A DNA stretch of 64,000 nucleotides from Candidatus Limnocylindrales bacterium (GTDB lineage: Bacteria > Chloroflexota > Limnocylindria > Limnocylindrales > CSP1-4): the NCBI GenBank assembly GCA_038915815.1, contig JBCLCL010000007.1:26-64025 (forward strand). The letters run 5' to 3'. The notes under the pieces were generated by a model that had not been told where the DNA came from, did not search any database, and saw nothing but the letters and a program-made list of their open reading frames with translations. This document shows positions 39,448 to 51,557 of this stretch, piece after piece; positions within the stretch are counted from its first letter, which is position 1, and each line of letters opens with the position of its first letter. The translations under genes and the position numbers were made by a program.

Positions 39448-39673
39448 GTTCTGCTGGGAAGGACAAACCAAGCGCGGCCGCGTCCGGGCAGGTGATCTGG
39501 GTCCTGATCCGGCGCCTGCCGACGCCATCCTCGAGCGTGGCGAGTCGTGCGCGACCCTCACGCGCACTCAATCTGGGTGATCCTCGGGCGTCGCGCGGTG
39601 TGATGGCCACGTAACGCCTGATCTGGGAGGTCTCAGACTCGCGAATCGGCGAGTTTGTCCTTCCGGGAAGAAC
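39448..39673. other. Inverted-repeat-bounded structured element (ncRNA or MITE candidate)
   Basis: 21-bp terminal IR with 18/21 identity and a perfect 12-bp core (GGAAGGACAAAC 39457-39468 / GTTTGTCCTTCC 39653-39664); three ATCTGGG motifs; several internal hairpins. Confidence 0.55.
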
Positions 39674-39794
39674 GTCAAGCGCCCGGGGTGAGGGACGCCG
39701 GATCGCACCGCGCGCGTCGACGATCAGCAGGCCGGTGGGGCCCAGCGGGCCCCGAGCAGGCCGCTGAGGACCACGAGCCGCCCACGAGCTCCCG

Positions 39795-40259
39795 TCAGCG
39801 GTAGCCCAGGGCCGCCCAGGCCGGTCCGCCCGGCGCCTCGATGAGCTCGACCAGCACCCCGTGACAAGCCCGCGGGTGGACGAACGCGACCGGCCCTTCC
39901 GCCCCGCGCCGCGGCGCCGTGTCGATCAGCTGGAGCCCGGCGATCTCCAGGTTGAGCAGCGTCTCGGCCAGGTTCGCGACTTCGAGGCAGACGTGGTGGA
40001 AGCCCTCCCCTTTGGTCGCCAGGAAGCGGGCGACCCCGGTAGAATCGTCGGTCGGCTCGACCAGCTCGATCTTCGACTCTCCCACGGTCAGGAAAGCGAT
40101 CCGCACCCTGTCGGAGTCGATCTCCTGGATGGCCTCGAGCGACAGCCCGAGCATCCCGCGCCAGAGACCGAGCGCATCGTCGATCGAACGCACGACCAGC
40201 GCAACGTGATGGACCTTGCCGATCCGGCCGAGTTCGGCCGGGCGACGCGACGCGGGCAT
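39795..40259 (-). CDS. mce: Methylmalonyl-CoA epimerase (VOC family)
   Basis: HHVALVV, IELVEP, EGFHHVC, FVHPR..GVLVEL; ATG 40259 with SD GGAGG. Confidence 0.92.
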   Translation of the reverse strand: MPASRRPAELGRIGKVHHVALVVRSIDDALGLWRGMLGLSLEAIQEIDSDRVRIAFLTVGESKIELVEPTDDSTGVARFLATKGEGFHHVCLEVANLAETLLNLEIAGLQLIDTAPRRGAEGPVAFVHPRACHGVLVELIEAPGGPAWAALGYR

Positions 40260-40269
40260 CGGGACCTCC

Positions 40270-41969
<1,700 letters not shown>

Positions 41970-41973
<4 letters not shown>

Positions 41974-42617
41974 TCGAGCACCACCAACAGGTCTCCCAGT
42001 TCGATGGTCTCGCCTGTGCCGACCGCGACGCGGGCGACCATCCCGTCCCGGGGCGCTCGTAGCTCGTTCTGCATCTTCATCGCCTCGACGACCAGGAGCT
42101 GCTGCCCGGCCCTGACAGCGTCACCGGGCGCGACCGAAAGGGCGACGACGCGGCCCGGGATGGCGGCTCGAACCTCGGTCGGGCCGCCCCGCGCGGCCTC
42201 TCCCCGACCTCGCCGGGCGCGATCGCGCAGCTCAGCGCGGCGCTCCTGCTCGATCTCGACCTCGACCCGCCAGCCGTCGACGATCACCTCGCGACGAACC
42301 GTCCCGGTGGCTGGATCGGCGGCCCGCTCCAGTGGCATCAGCACGACCGGGGAGCGCGTGGCGCCGTCGCGGGAACCCTCGACCAGCACGCCGTGAACGC
42401 CATCCGGGCGGTCCAGGCGAACCTCGAGCGACCGGCCATCGACCACGACGAGCCCGTCGCGCGCCTCCGGCGACGGCTCGACCACGACCGGCCCGGTCTC
42501 CGGTCGGGCCGACACGGACGTCACGGCCACCCGGACCGCGCGCGGATCGATGTCTCGGGCCGGCTGGCGAGCGGGCTGGACTTCCCCGCCCTCGACCGGA
42601 GCGACGTGGCGGCTCAT
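41970..42617 (-). CDS. Biotin carboxyl carrier domain protein
   Basis: C-terminal [23 protein letters not shown]. Confidence 0.92.
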
Positions 42618-44230
42618 GCCGGCCAGCGGTCCGTCGCCGCCTCGCGCCCGGATCGGGCCCAGTGCCCATCGACTCCGGCCACCGAGCGGATCGAGCCGGA
42701 CGCGATGCCGGACGCGATGCCGGGCCCGCCACCGTCGCCGGCACCGGCTACCGGCCCGGCGATGGTGGTCGCGCTGACGAGCTCGGTGGCCAGAGCGTCA
42801 AGACCGGCCGCGAGCTGGGCGACCCGGACAGCGCGCCCGAACGAGGTCATGCCGTCCCACTGCTCCCCCACCCAACCGGTCGACAGGTCGCCAGCCGCGA
42901 ACGAGTCGCTCCGGGCGACGAACCGATGGAACGGCAACGTGGTCTGGATCCCGGCGATCTCGGTCTCGTCCAGGGCTCGCCGTAATCGGCGGATCGCGGC
43001 GTCGCGGTCGCCGGCGTGGACCATGATCTTGGCGATCAGGTTGTCGTACTCGGGTGGAACCCGGTCGCCGTTCTCGATCGCCGTGTCAACCCGAACCCCC
43101 GGGCCGGCGGGCATCACCCAGCGGCGGATCCGGCCCGGCGTCGGCGTGAACTCGCGCGACGGATCCTCGGCGGCGATCCGGACCTCGATGGCGTGACCGG
43201 CCGGCTCCGCGGCGCGCGCGGCGGCGGCCAGCGCTTGATCGGAGAGCGGGCGACCGGCGGCCAGCGAGAACTGCTCACGGACGATGTCAAGCCCGGAGAC
43301 GAGCTCAGTGACGCCGTGCTCGACCTGCAGGCGCGTGTTCACCTCGAGGAAGAGGAACGCCCCATCAGGTGATCGCAGGAACTCCGCGGTCGCGGCGTTG
43401 CGGAGACCGGCGGCGCCCGCTACGCGCACCGCGAGGCCGTGGAGCGTGCGGCGCTCCTCGACCGTGAGGCCCGGCGCCGGAGCCTCCTCCACGAGTTTCT
43501 GGTGCCGGCGCTGCAGCGAGCAGTCGCGCTCGCCGATGGCCACGACCCGGCCGGTCTGATCCCCCAGCAACTGGACCTCGATGTGCCGCGCCGGAACGAT
43601 CTCGCGCTCCAGGTAGACAGACCCGTCACCGAATGCCGAGGCTGCCTCCCGCGACCCGTCCGCCAGCGCCGAAGGCAGGTCCGCGGCACGGACGACCCGT
43701 CGCATCCCGCGGCCACCTCCCCCGGCGGCGGCCTTGACCAGCAAGGGGTAACCGATCCGATCGGCCTGGGCGAGGATCGCGGCGACCTGATCGGGCCGCT
43801 CGACGGGCGCCGGCTCCAGCGTCCCGGGCACCACGGTGACCCCGGCGTCACGGGCCGTGCGGCGAGCATGCAGCTTGTCCCCGAGGGCGTCGATCACGCC
43901 CGACGGAGGACCGACGAAGACGAGACCGGCATCCTCGACGGCCCGCGCGAAGGCGGCGCGCTCGGCCAGGAAGCCGTAGCCCGGGTGGATGGCCTCGGCA
44001 CCGGTGTCGAGCGCCGCCGCGACGATCGCCTCGATCCGCAGGTAGCTCTCGGCTGCTGGCGGCGGCCCGATCCGGACCGCGACGTCGGCGATCCGGACGT
44101 GTTGCGCTGCAGCATCTGCGTCGCTGTAGACCGCTACCGCTTCCATCCCCGACTCGTGGCAGGCGCGGATGATCCGAACCGCGATCTCACCGCGGTTGGC
44201 GATCAGCACCCGGCGGAAGGGCGCGCTCAC
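42614..44230 (-). CDS. accC: Acyl-CoA carboxylase biotin carboxylase subunit
   Basis: ANRGEIA, HPGYGFLAE, KAAAGGGGRG, RDCSLQRRHQK, EVNTRLQVEH, YDNLIAK. Confidence 0.94.
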   Translation of the reverse strand: MSAPFRRVLIANRGEIAVRIIRACHESGMEAVAVYSDADAAAQHVRIADVAVRIGPPPAAESYLRIEAIVAAALDTGAEAIHPGYGFLAERAAFARAVEDAGLVFVGPPSGVIDALGDKLHARRTARDAGVTVVPGTLEPAPVERPDQVAAILAQADRIGYPLLVKAAAGGGGRGMRRVVRAADLPSALADGSREAASAFGDGSVYLEREIVPARHIEVQLLGDQTGRVVAIGERDCSLQRRHQKLVEEAPAPGLTVEERRTLHGLAVRVAGAAGLRNAATAEFLRSPDGAFLFLEVNTRLQVEHGVTELVSGLDIVREQFSLAAGRPLSDQALAAAARAAEPAGHAIEVRIAAEDPSREFTPTPGRIRRWVMPAGPGVRVDTAIENGDRVPPEYDNLIAKIMVHAGDRDAAIRRLRRALDETEIAGIQTTLPFHRFVARSDSFAAGDLSTGWVGEQWDGMTSFGRAVRVAQLAAGLDALATELVSATTIAGPVAGAGDGGGPGIASGIASGSIRSVAGVDGHWARSGREAATDRWPA

Positions 44231-44302
44231 CTGCCTGTGGCCTGATGCCGGCCGTCTTTGTGCAAAGACGCTCCCGGCGACTGCCGTTGTCCACGTCCTG
44301 GA

Positions 44303-45856
<1,554 letters not shown>

Positions 45857-45982
45857 CGCCAGTCGAGCCTCCAGCTGTCCTTGCGCAAAGACGGGAACCC
45901 ATCATAGTCGCGCGGCTTCCCAGCGGAGCAGCGTTCAGATGCAGCAATGCACTGGCGCGTGACCCCGTCGCAACGGTCGCGG

Positions 45983-46025
45983 ATATCCACAGATTCGGTG
46001 AACAACTCGCAAAGCGTGTGGATAA
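45983..46025. promoter_or_regulatory. Inverted pair of DnaA boxes upstream of parA
   Basis: ATATCCACA (45983-45991, one mismatch to TTATCCACA) and TGTGGATAA (46017-46025, perfect on the reverse strand). Confidence 0.65.
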
Positions 46026-46127
46026 CCAGGGTCGCCGCGAACCGAGCTGAAGGGGTAGCATGGCGGGACGCGCGGCATCCTGAGCCCGCTCCGTCAATCC
46101 GCGTTCCACATCCGAGGTGATGCCCTG

Positions 46128-46898
46128 GTGCCAAATGTGATCGCGATCGCCAACCAGAAGGGCGGCGTGGGCAAGACGACGACGGCGATCAATCTCGCCG
46201 GCGCGCTCGCGGAGAACGGCTACCGCGTCCTCTGTATCGACATGGATCCGCAGGCGAATCTCACCGTCGGCCTCGGCATCAATCTCAATACCGTCGAGCA
46301 TTCGATGGCCGACGTCCTCGCCGACGGACGCTCGTCCATGACCGAGGTCATCCTGCCGACCGAGATCGCCGGGATCGACGTCGCTCCGGCGCACATCGAT
46401 CTCGCCTCCACCGAGGGCGAGTTGTTCACCGCCCTGGGTCGCGAGCAGATCCTGCGTGAGATGCTGGACGGACACATCTCGGTCTACGACTACGTCCTCA
46501 TCGACTGCCCGCCGAACCTTGGCCTGTTGACAGTCAACGGCCTGGTGGCGGCCAGCGGGGTGATCATCCCCGTCCAGACGCAGTACTACGCGATGAAGGG
46601 CCTGAACAACCTGGTCAAGGTCATCAATGCGATCCGGCTCAAGCTGAATCGCGACTTGCGGATCCTGGGCCTGCTGCCGACCTTCTACGACGGTCGGACC
46701 AATCTTGCCCGCGACATGCTGGATGAGCTGCATGTCGTGGGTGACCATTACGTCTTCAACAGCATCGTGCGCAATACCGTGAAGCTCGGCGAGGCTCCCC
46801 TTGTCGGTCGCCCGATCACGTCGTATGCCAGCAGCAGCGACGCCGCGCGCACCTATCGCGAATTTGCTCGTGAGGTGATCGACCTTGGCCAGAACTGA
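46128..46898 (+). CDS. parA: ParA/Soj family ATPase
   Basis: NQKGGVGKTTT, DMDPQANLT, IDCPPNLG, VKLGEAP. Confidence 0.96.
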   Translation: MPNVIAIANQKGGVGKTTTAINLAGALAENGYRVLCIDMDPQANLTVGLGINLNTVEHSMADVLADGRSSMTEVILPTEIAGIDVAPAHIDLASTEGELFTALGREQILREMLDGHISVYDYVLIDCPPNLGLLTVNGLVAASGVIIPVQTQYYAMKGLNNLVKVINAIRLKLNRDLRILGLLPTFYDGRTNLARDMLDELHVVGDHYVFNSIVRNTVKLGEAPLVGRPITSYASSSDAARTYREFAREVIDLGQN

Positions 46899-47907
46899 TT
46901 TCCGCGCTGCGGCCGCCCGCCGTCTCTCCGAAGATCGCGAACTCTCACCGGCGATCGTCAGCCTGCTTTCGCGCGAAGGCCCCACCCGCTCGATCGGCGT
47001 GCGCGTCGTGCACATCGCTCGGATCGAAGCGAACCCGGAGCAACCGCGGATGGTCTTCGAGCAGGACGCGCTCGATGAACTTGCCGCTTCGATCCGTGAG
47101 CACGGTGTCCTCCAGCCGATCCTGGTTCGACCGCGCGGGCCGAACACCTACCAGATCGTCGCCGGCGAGCGGCGCTGGCGCGCCTCCAAGCTGGCCGGCC
47201 TCGATACGATCCCGGCGATGATCGAGGAGATCGACGACGACACGTCGCTCGAGATCTCGATCATCGAGAACCTCCAGCGCGAGGATCTCACGCCACTCGA
47301 TGAAGCGGCGATGTTCGACCGGATGATCCGCCAGCATGGTTACAGCATCCGCAAGCTCGCCGACAAGCTCGGCAAGGACAAGGGCTATCTCGAGAACCGG
47401 CTCCGGCTCGCCGATGCACCCCCGGAGATCCGCGAACTCGTGTCTTTGCGCAAGGACAGCCTCTCCCATGCGTACGAGTTGATGAAGGTCGAGGATCCGC
47501 GGAAGCGTCGCCGCCTGGCGGCCCAGGTCGCACGCGGCGAGCTGACGTTGCTGAAGCTGCGCGACAAGATCGAGGGCCGGCGGACGCGATCCGCCACGGC
47601 CACGCTGGACGCCGCTGGTGTGCCGCCGCTGGCCACGACCACCTCATCGAACCCCGAGGGCACAGGTGACGGCGGTTGGATCGAAAAGACACGACCGGCG
47701 CTGACGATCTCCGACGACTCGCTGGTCAACGCCAAGCAGGATCTCGCCGATGCGGTCGAGAACCTCGTCGCAGTCCTGCGCAGCGCGGAGTTCCGGGACT
47801 CGCTGCCATCGACCGACCGGTCCAACCTGGCCAAGTACCTCACGATCGCCAAGCTCAAGCTGGAAAACGCGATCGCCATCGTTCGGAGCGACAACCCCGA
47901 CTACTGA
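46885..47907 (+). CDS. parB: ParB/Spo0J family partition protein
   Basis: NPEQPR, GVLQPILVR, AGERRWRAS, IENLQREDL, HTH region; TTG start overlaps parA. Confidence 0.94.
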   Translation: MARTDFRAAAARRLSEDRELSPAIVSLLSREGPTRSIGVRVVHIARIEANPEQPRMVFEQDALDELAASIREHGVLQPILVRPRGPNTYQIVAGERRWRASKLAGLDTIPAMIEEIDDDTSLEISIIENLQREDLTPLDEAAMFDRMIRQHGYSIRKLADKLGKDKGYLENRLRLADAPPEIRELVSLRKDSLSHAYELMKVEDPRKRRRLAAQVARGELTLLKLRDKIEGRRTRSATATLDAAGVPPLATTTSSNPEGTGDGGWIEKTRPALTISDDSLVNAKQDLADAVENLVAVLRSAEFRDSLPSTDRSNLAKYLTIAKLKLENAIAIVRSDNPDY

Positions 47908-47928
47908 TCCGCGATGCGGCCTGCTCCC

Positions 47929-48807
47929 CTATCCGAGGTCCCTGACCCCGGCGAGCCAGGCGGCGGCCAGCAGCGCCACGCCGACGGCCTGGATCTCCCA
48001 CGCGCGCTCGCGTCGTGCCGGTGGCGAGGTCGGCGCGTGCGCCCAGCCGACCCCGGCCCCGATGACCAGACCGGCGCCGATCGCGGAGCCCATGGCGACC
48101 GGTGGCCCGCCCTCGAGCCAGAGTGACACAAGAGCCACGAGAACCACGACCGCCAGCAACACCGCCGGGACGGACCAGGCGCGGGCCGGACCGAGTCGGT
48201 TGGCCACCGAGTCGAGGCCGGCCGCCGCGTCGCGCTCCAGGTCCGCCCTCGAGTTTGCGATCGCCAGGGCGGCACCCGTGAGGACCGCCGCCGGCAGCAC
48301 GATCGAGAACGGCGCCGGCAGGCGCGCCGTCGCCCCGAACCAGCCGAAGACCGGAAGGAGCGGGATCCCGACCGCGAACGGCACCCATGACCAGGCCGTT
48401 CCTTTCGCCGCGAGGTCGTAGGCATACCCGATGACCAGACCGAGGCCGGCCAGCGCGAGCAGCCCAGGGCCGGACGGGGTCGCCAGGGCGAGGCCCAGGC
48501 CGGCACCGATCACCACGACGGCACGTCCTGTCCGGCTGGTGAGCAGGCCGGCCGGAATCGGCTTGCCGGGCTTCCGGCCCGCATCCGACGAGGCGTCGAT
48601 CACGTCGTTGAGCGCGCCGATCGACGCCTGCAGGGCGACCATCGAAGCTCCCAGACGCGCCGCTGTCAGCGGGTCCGCGCCGGCGACGAGCGCGATGGCG
48701 ATCGTCGCCGCGCCATCGAGCAGCGACGGGAACGGATGGACGAGGCGAACGAGGCCTCCGACCGTGCCGGCGATCGATCGGGCGGGCGCCGGGGGCGCCT
48801 CAGACGT
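47929..48807 (-). CDS. UbiA prenyltransferase family protein (non-canonical ACG start proposed)
   Basis: LVRLVHPFP, ALNDVIDASSD..RKPGKPIP, YDL..K, D..RD; multi-TM. No ATG/GTG/TTG between the in-frame stop (48844-48846) and 48642. Confidence 0.85.
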   Translation of the reverse strand, partial: TSEAPPAPARSIAGTVGGLVRLVHPFPSLLDGAATIAIALVAGADPLTAARLGASMVALQASIGALNDVIDASSDAGRKPGKPIPAGLLTSRTGRAVVVIGAGLGLALATPSGPGLLALAGLGLVIGYAYDLAAKGTAWSWVPFAVGIPLLPVFGWFGATARLPAPFSIVLPAAVLTGAALAIANSRADLERDAAAGLDSVANRLGPARAWSVPAVLLAVVVLVALVSLWLEGGPPVAMGSAIGAGLVIGAGVGWAHAPTSPPARRERAWEIQAVGVALLAAAWLAGVRDLG

Positions 48808-49165
48808 AGACGATCTCCGCGAAGTTCGCTGCCAGGTAGGCGATCAGCCGCTCTCGTCCGTCGCCGACCTGCGACCTGATCCCCGGCACAAGGGCGTGCA
48901 GGGTGATCGCCGGCACCATCAGCCGGCCAGCCGCGTCGCGCCCGACGACGGCGGGTGGTCCACCACCAGAAGCGAACACCCGTTCGAATCCTCGCTCGTC
49001 AAGCCCGGCGGTGCGACGAAAGTCATCGACGACCCGGACGACCCCCCGGCGGATCGCGATGTCGCGCATCAACTCGGCCGCCCAGGCGTCGATCTGTTCG
49101 TCGCTCTGTTCGGCGAGGCGTGCTCGATACTCGGTCGGATCTCCCGACAGACCGGTCGCTCCCAC
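48800..49165 (-). CDS. Hypothetical protein (121 aa)
   Basis: GTG 49165 with SD AGGAGG; protein-like composition; operon context. Confidence 0.75.
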   Translation of the reverse strand: MGATGLSGDPTEYRARLAEQSDEQIDAWAAELMRDIAIRRGVVRVVDDFRRTAGLDERGFERVFASGGGPPAVVGRDAAGRLMVPAITLHALVPGIRSQVGDGRERLIAYLAANFAEIVYV

Positions 49166-49214
49166 GATCCCTCCTGCGTCGTCTGGACCGGTCGAAGTAT
49201 GCCAGACGAGGTGG

Positions 49215-49952
49215 TCAGCCGCCCTGGACTCGGTGGTGTGCACCGGCTGCCAGGGTCGCCTCTCGCGAACCCTCGGGCCACTCGTTGAAACGCTCCGTGA
49301 ACCAGCGCCCGAAGCGACCAGGCACCTGGACCTCCGGGGCATCGCGGACCAGAGCATGGAGCGCCTCCCACGTCTGCTGGGTCAGGGCCGTGACGGCCTC
49401 CCGCGTGGGGCGCCCCTGGACAGGCAGCGGCTCCCCCACCCGAACGGTGACCCGCCCGCGGAACGACAGCCAGCTCGTGCCGTTGATCGCCAGCGGCACG
49501 ATCGGGATCCCGCTGCGCAAGGCGAAATAGGCAGCGCCGTCGCTGAGCGGCCAGAGCTCGGATTCCGAGGCGTGGATCCGACCTTCGCCGGCGATCGCCA
49601 CGACGCCGCCCGTCGCAACGACCGCACCGACCCGGCGCGTCGCCCCGAGCAGGTCGTCCTTGCCGGGCTTGTACGGGATGGGAGTGCCGGTCCAGCCCAT
49701 GATCCGGTTCCGCCCGCCGGCCGCCATGTCTTCCTCCTTCGGCCCGAAGAAGAAGAGCCGCGGCCGAAATGGCAGGACCGCCATCAGCACGAACGGATCG
49801 GACCAGCCCAGGTGATTGAAGCAGTAGATCGCCGGTCCCCGCGGCAGTCGGTCGCGATCGTGGATGCCGATGCGCAGGTAGGCCCGGGTCAGGGCCGCGA
49901 CCGCGATCCGCGCGATCCAGTAGCGGAGGGTTCGACGCCAGGGACTGATCAG
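49215..49952 (-). CDS. plsC: Lysophospholipid acyltransferase (PlsC family; CTG start proposed)
   Basis: NHLGWSD (HxxxxD) lies upstream of the first canonical start (49790); GEGR; GAAYFA..SGIPIVP. Confidence 0.88.
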   Translation of the reverse strand: MISPWRRTLRYWIARIAVAALTRAYLRIGIHDRDRLPRGPAIYCFNHLGWSDPFVLMAVLPFRPRLFFFGPKEEDMAAGGRNRIMGWTGTPIPYKPGKDDLLGATRRVGAVVATGGVVAIAGEGRIHASESELWPLSDGAAYFALRSGIPIVPLAINGTSWLSFRGRVTVRVGEPLPVQGRPTREAVTALTQQTWEALHALVRDAPEVQVPGRFGRWFTERFNEWPEGSREATLAAGAHHRVQGG

Positions 49953-50419
49953 GGTTCGGTCGCCTTCGGACCTGAGAGCTCGATGACATCGGCGGCCTTC
50001 GGCCCGACCGCGCGCCCATCCATCGCCGCGAAGAACGCGTCGGCGAAGGCGCCGGCCGCGTCGGCCGCGGCGTCCGCGGCGTGGATCAGATGGGATTCGA
50101 CCTGGAAGGTGAGCAGGCGGTGACCGCCCTGGATCTCGACCGATAGCTCTCCGATCTGGACCCGGTGCCAGCGAGTCAGCTTGCCGGAAGCTCGCGGGCC
50201 CTCACCCGGGACGTTGACCCGCACGTTGACCTGGACCAGTCCCGCCGCGGTGGGGGCCAGGACCGTCCAGCGAACCCCGGGGTCGTCGCCCCAGACGATC
50301 CAGCAATCCGGGTCCGCAATGGCGCCGAGCAACTCCAGCGCGTCATGCACCGGACCGAGCACCTTGGCGACCATCGAGTCGCGATGGGGAGTCCCTGCCT
50401 GCCACTCGCTCAGTCGCAT
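49949..50419 (-). CDS. Hypothetical protein (156 aa)
   Basis: ATG with SD GGAGGG; protein-like composition; its stop overlaps the plsC start. Confidence 0.75.
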   Translation of the reverse strand: MRLSEWQAGTPHRDSMVAKVLGPVHDALELLGAIADPDCWIVWGDDPGVRWTVLAPTAAGLVQVNVRVNVPGEGPRASGKLTRWHRVQIGELSVEIQGGHRLLTFQVESHLIHAADAAADAAGAFADAFFAAMDGRAVGPKAADVIELSGPKATEP

Positions 50420-50573
50420 CCGACCCTCCGTCCCGGTGGTGATCCGCCCCGACAGATGCCGATCCCGTGCCCGAGGCTAGCACAGGCCGGAACGCCGGGC
50501 TGGTCGGGGGTCACTTCCGAATCGTGACATCCGGCCCTTGGGGGGCGCCGAGCCGGCTCGCTACCTTCGCGAC

Positions 50574-51557
50574 GTGCGCATCGACCGTGGGTTCCTCGGG
50601 TGGGGCGTCTTCCTTCTGCTCGCCGGAGCCGTTCCGCTGGCAGTCCGAGCCGGATACGTGACGACTGAGCAGATCCGCAGTCTCGCTAGCCTGTGGCCGC
50701 TGATCCTGATCGGCATGGGCGCAGGTCTCCTGCTGACTCGGACCCGGCTGGCATCCCTCGGAGGCCTCGTCGTCGCCGGCACCTTCGGTCTGATCGTCGG
50801 CGGGTTGCTGAGCGGCGGCGTCCAGGGCTTCGCTGGACCGTGCGGTCCGACCAGTGGCAACACCGCCTTCCCCGCCCGCGACGGTTCGTTCAGCCAGCCG
50901 TCCGGGACCGTCCGGCTCCAGCTCGACTGTGGCGACGTCAACGTGGCCGTCGGGCCGGGCGACGGGTGGCACGCCGAGGGTCAGAGCCGTGACGGCACGG
51001 GCCCGATCGTGGAGGCAGGGAGCGGTTCCGTCAGCGTGCGATCGCGCGACAGCGACGTCGGACCGTTCGACGCGCTGGGCGACCGCGAGAGGTGGCGGGT
51101 CACGCTTCCCGACACCGTCCGGCTGGACCTCGATCTGGAAGTCAACGCCGGCAGCGCGACGATGGCGCTGGGTCAGGCGATGGTGGGTCGCCTGAAGCTT
51201 GACCTGAACGCCGGCTCGATCAGCGCCGATCTGAGTTCCGTGCGGGAGCTCGACGGATTGGAGATCGGTCTCAACGCGGGAGCGCTGGAGCTGACCCGGC
51301 CGAACCTGTCCACGCATGGTTCGATCGAGGCCAATGCCGGAACCGTCAACCTGTGCGTCCCGCCGGGAGCCGCGTTGCGGCTGCGGACCGGCCAGAGCAT
51401 CATCTCGAACTACGACTATGAAGGCCACGGGCTGATCAGGAACGGCTCCGTCTGGGAGACGCCGGGCTTCGATGGCTCGGCGGTCCAGATCGATCTCGAT
51501 ACCCGCGCGAACGTGGGCTCCTTCTCACTTGATCCGGAGGGTGGCTGCGGTGACTGA
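50574..51557 (+). CDS. Membrane protein with N-terminal TMs (DUF5668/LiaF-like) and extracellular beta-repeat (DUF4097/toast-rack-like) domain
   Basis: LWPLILIG motif, repeated L.LNAGS beta-strands, several Cys; leaderless TACCTT(50562-50567)-N6-GTG. Confidence 0.75.
   Translation: MRIDRGFLGWGVFLLLAGAVPLAVRAGYVTTEQIRSLASLWPLILIGMGAGLLLTRTRLASLGGLVVAGTFGLIVGGLLSGGVQGFAGPCGPTSGNTAFPARDGSFSQPSGTVRLQLDCGDVNVAVGPGDGWHAEGQSRDGTGPIVEAGSGSVSVRSRDSDVGPFDALGDRERWRVTLPDTVRLDLDLEVNAGSATMALGQAMVGRLKLDLNAGSISADLSSVRELDGLEIGLNAGALELTRPNLSTHGSIEANAGTVNLCVPPGAALRLRTGQSIISNYDYEGHGLIRNGSVWETPGFDGSAVQIDLDTRANVGSFSLDPEGGCGD

Noticed and set aside
45860-46127. oriC
   Set aside because: Only two DnaA boxes, no clear AT-rich unwinding element, no dnaA/dnaN nearby, and no switch in gene-strand bias across the site.
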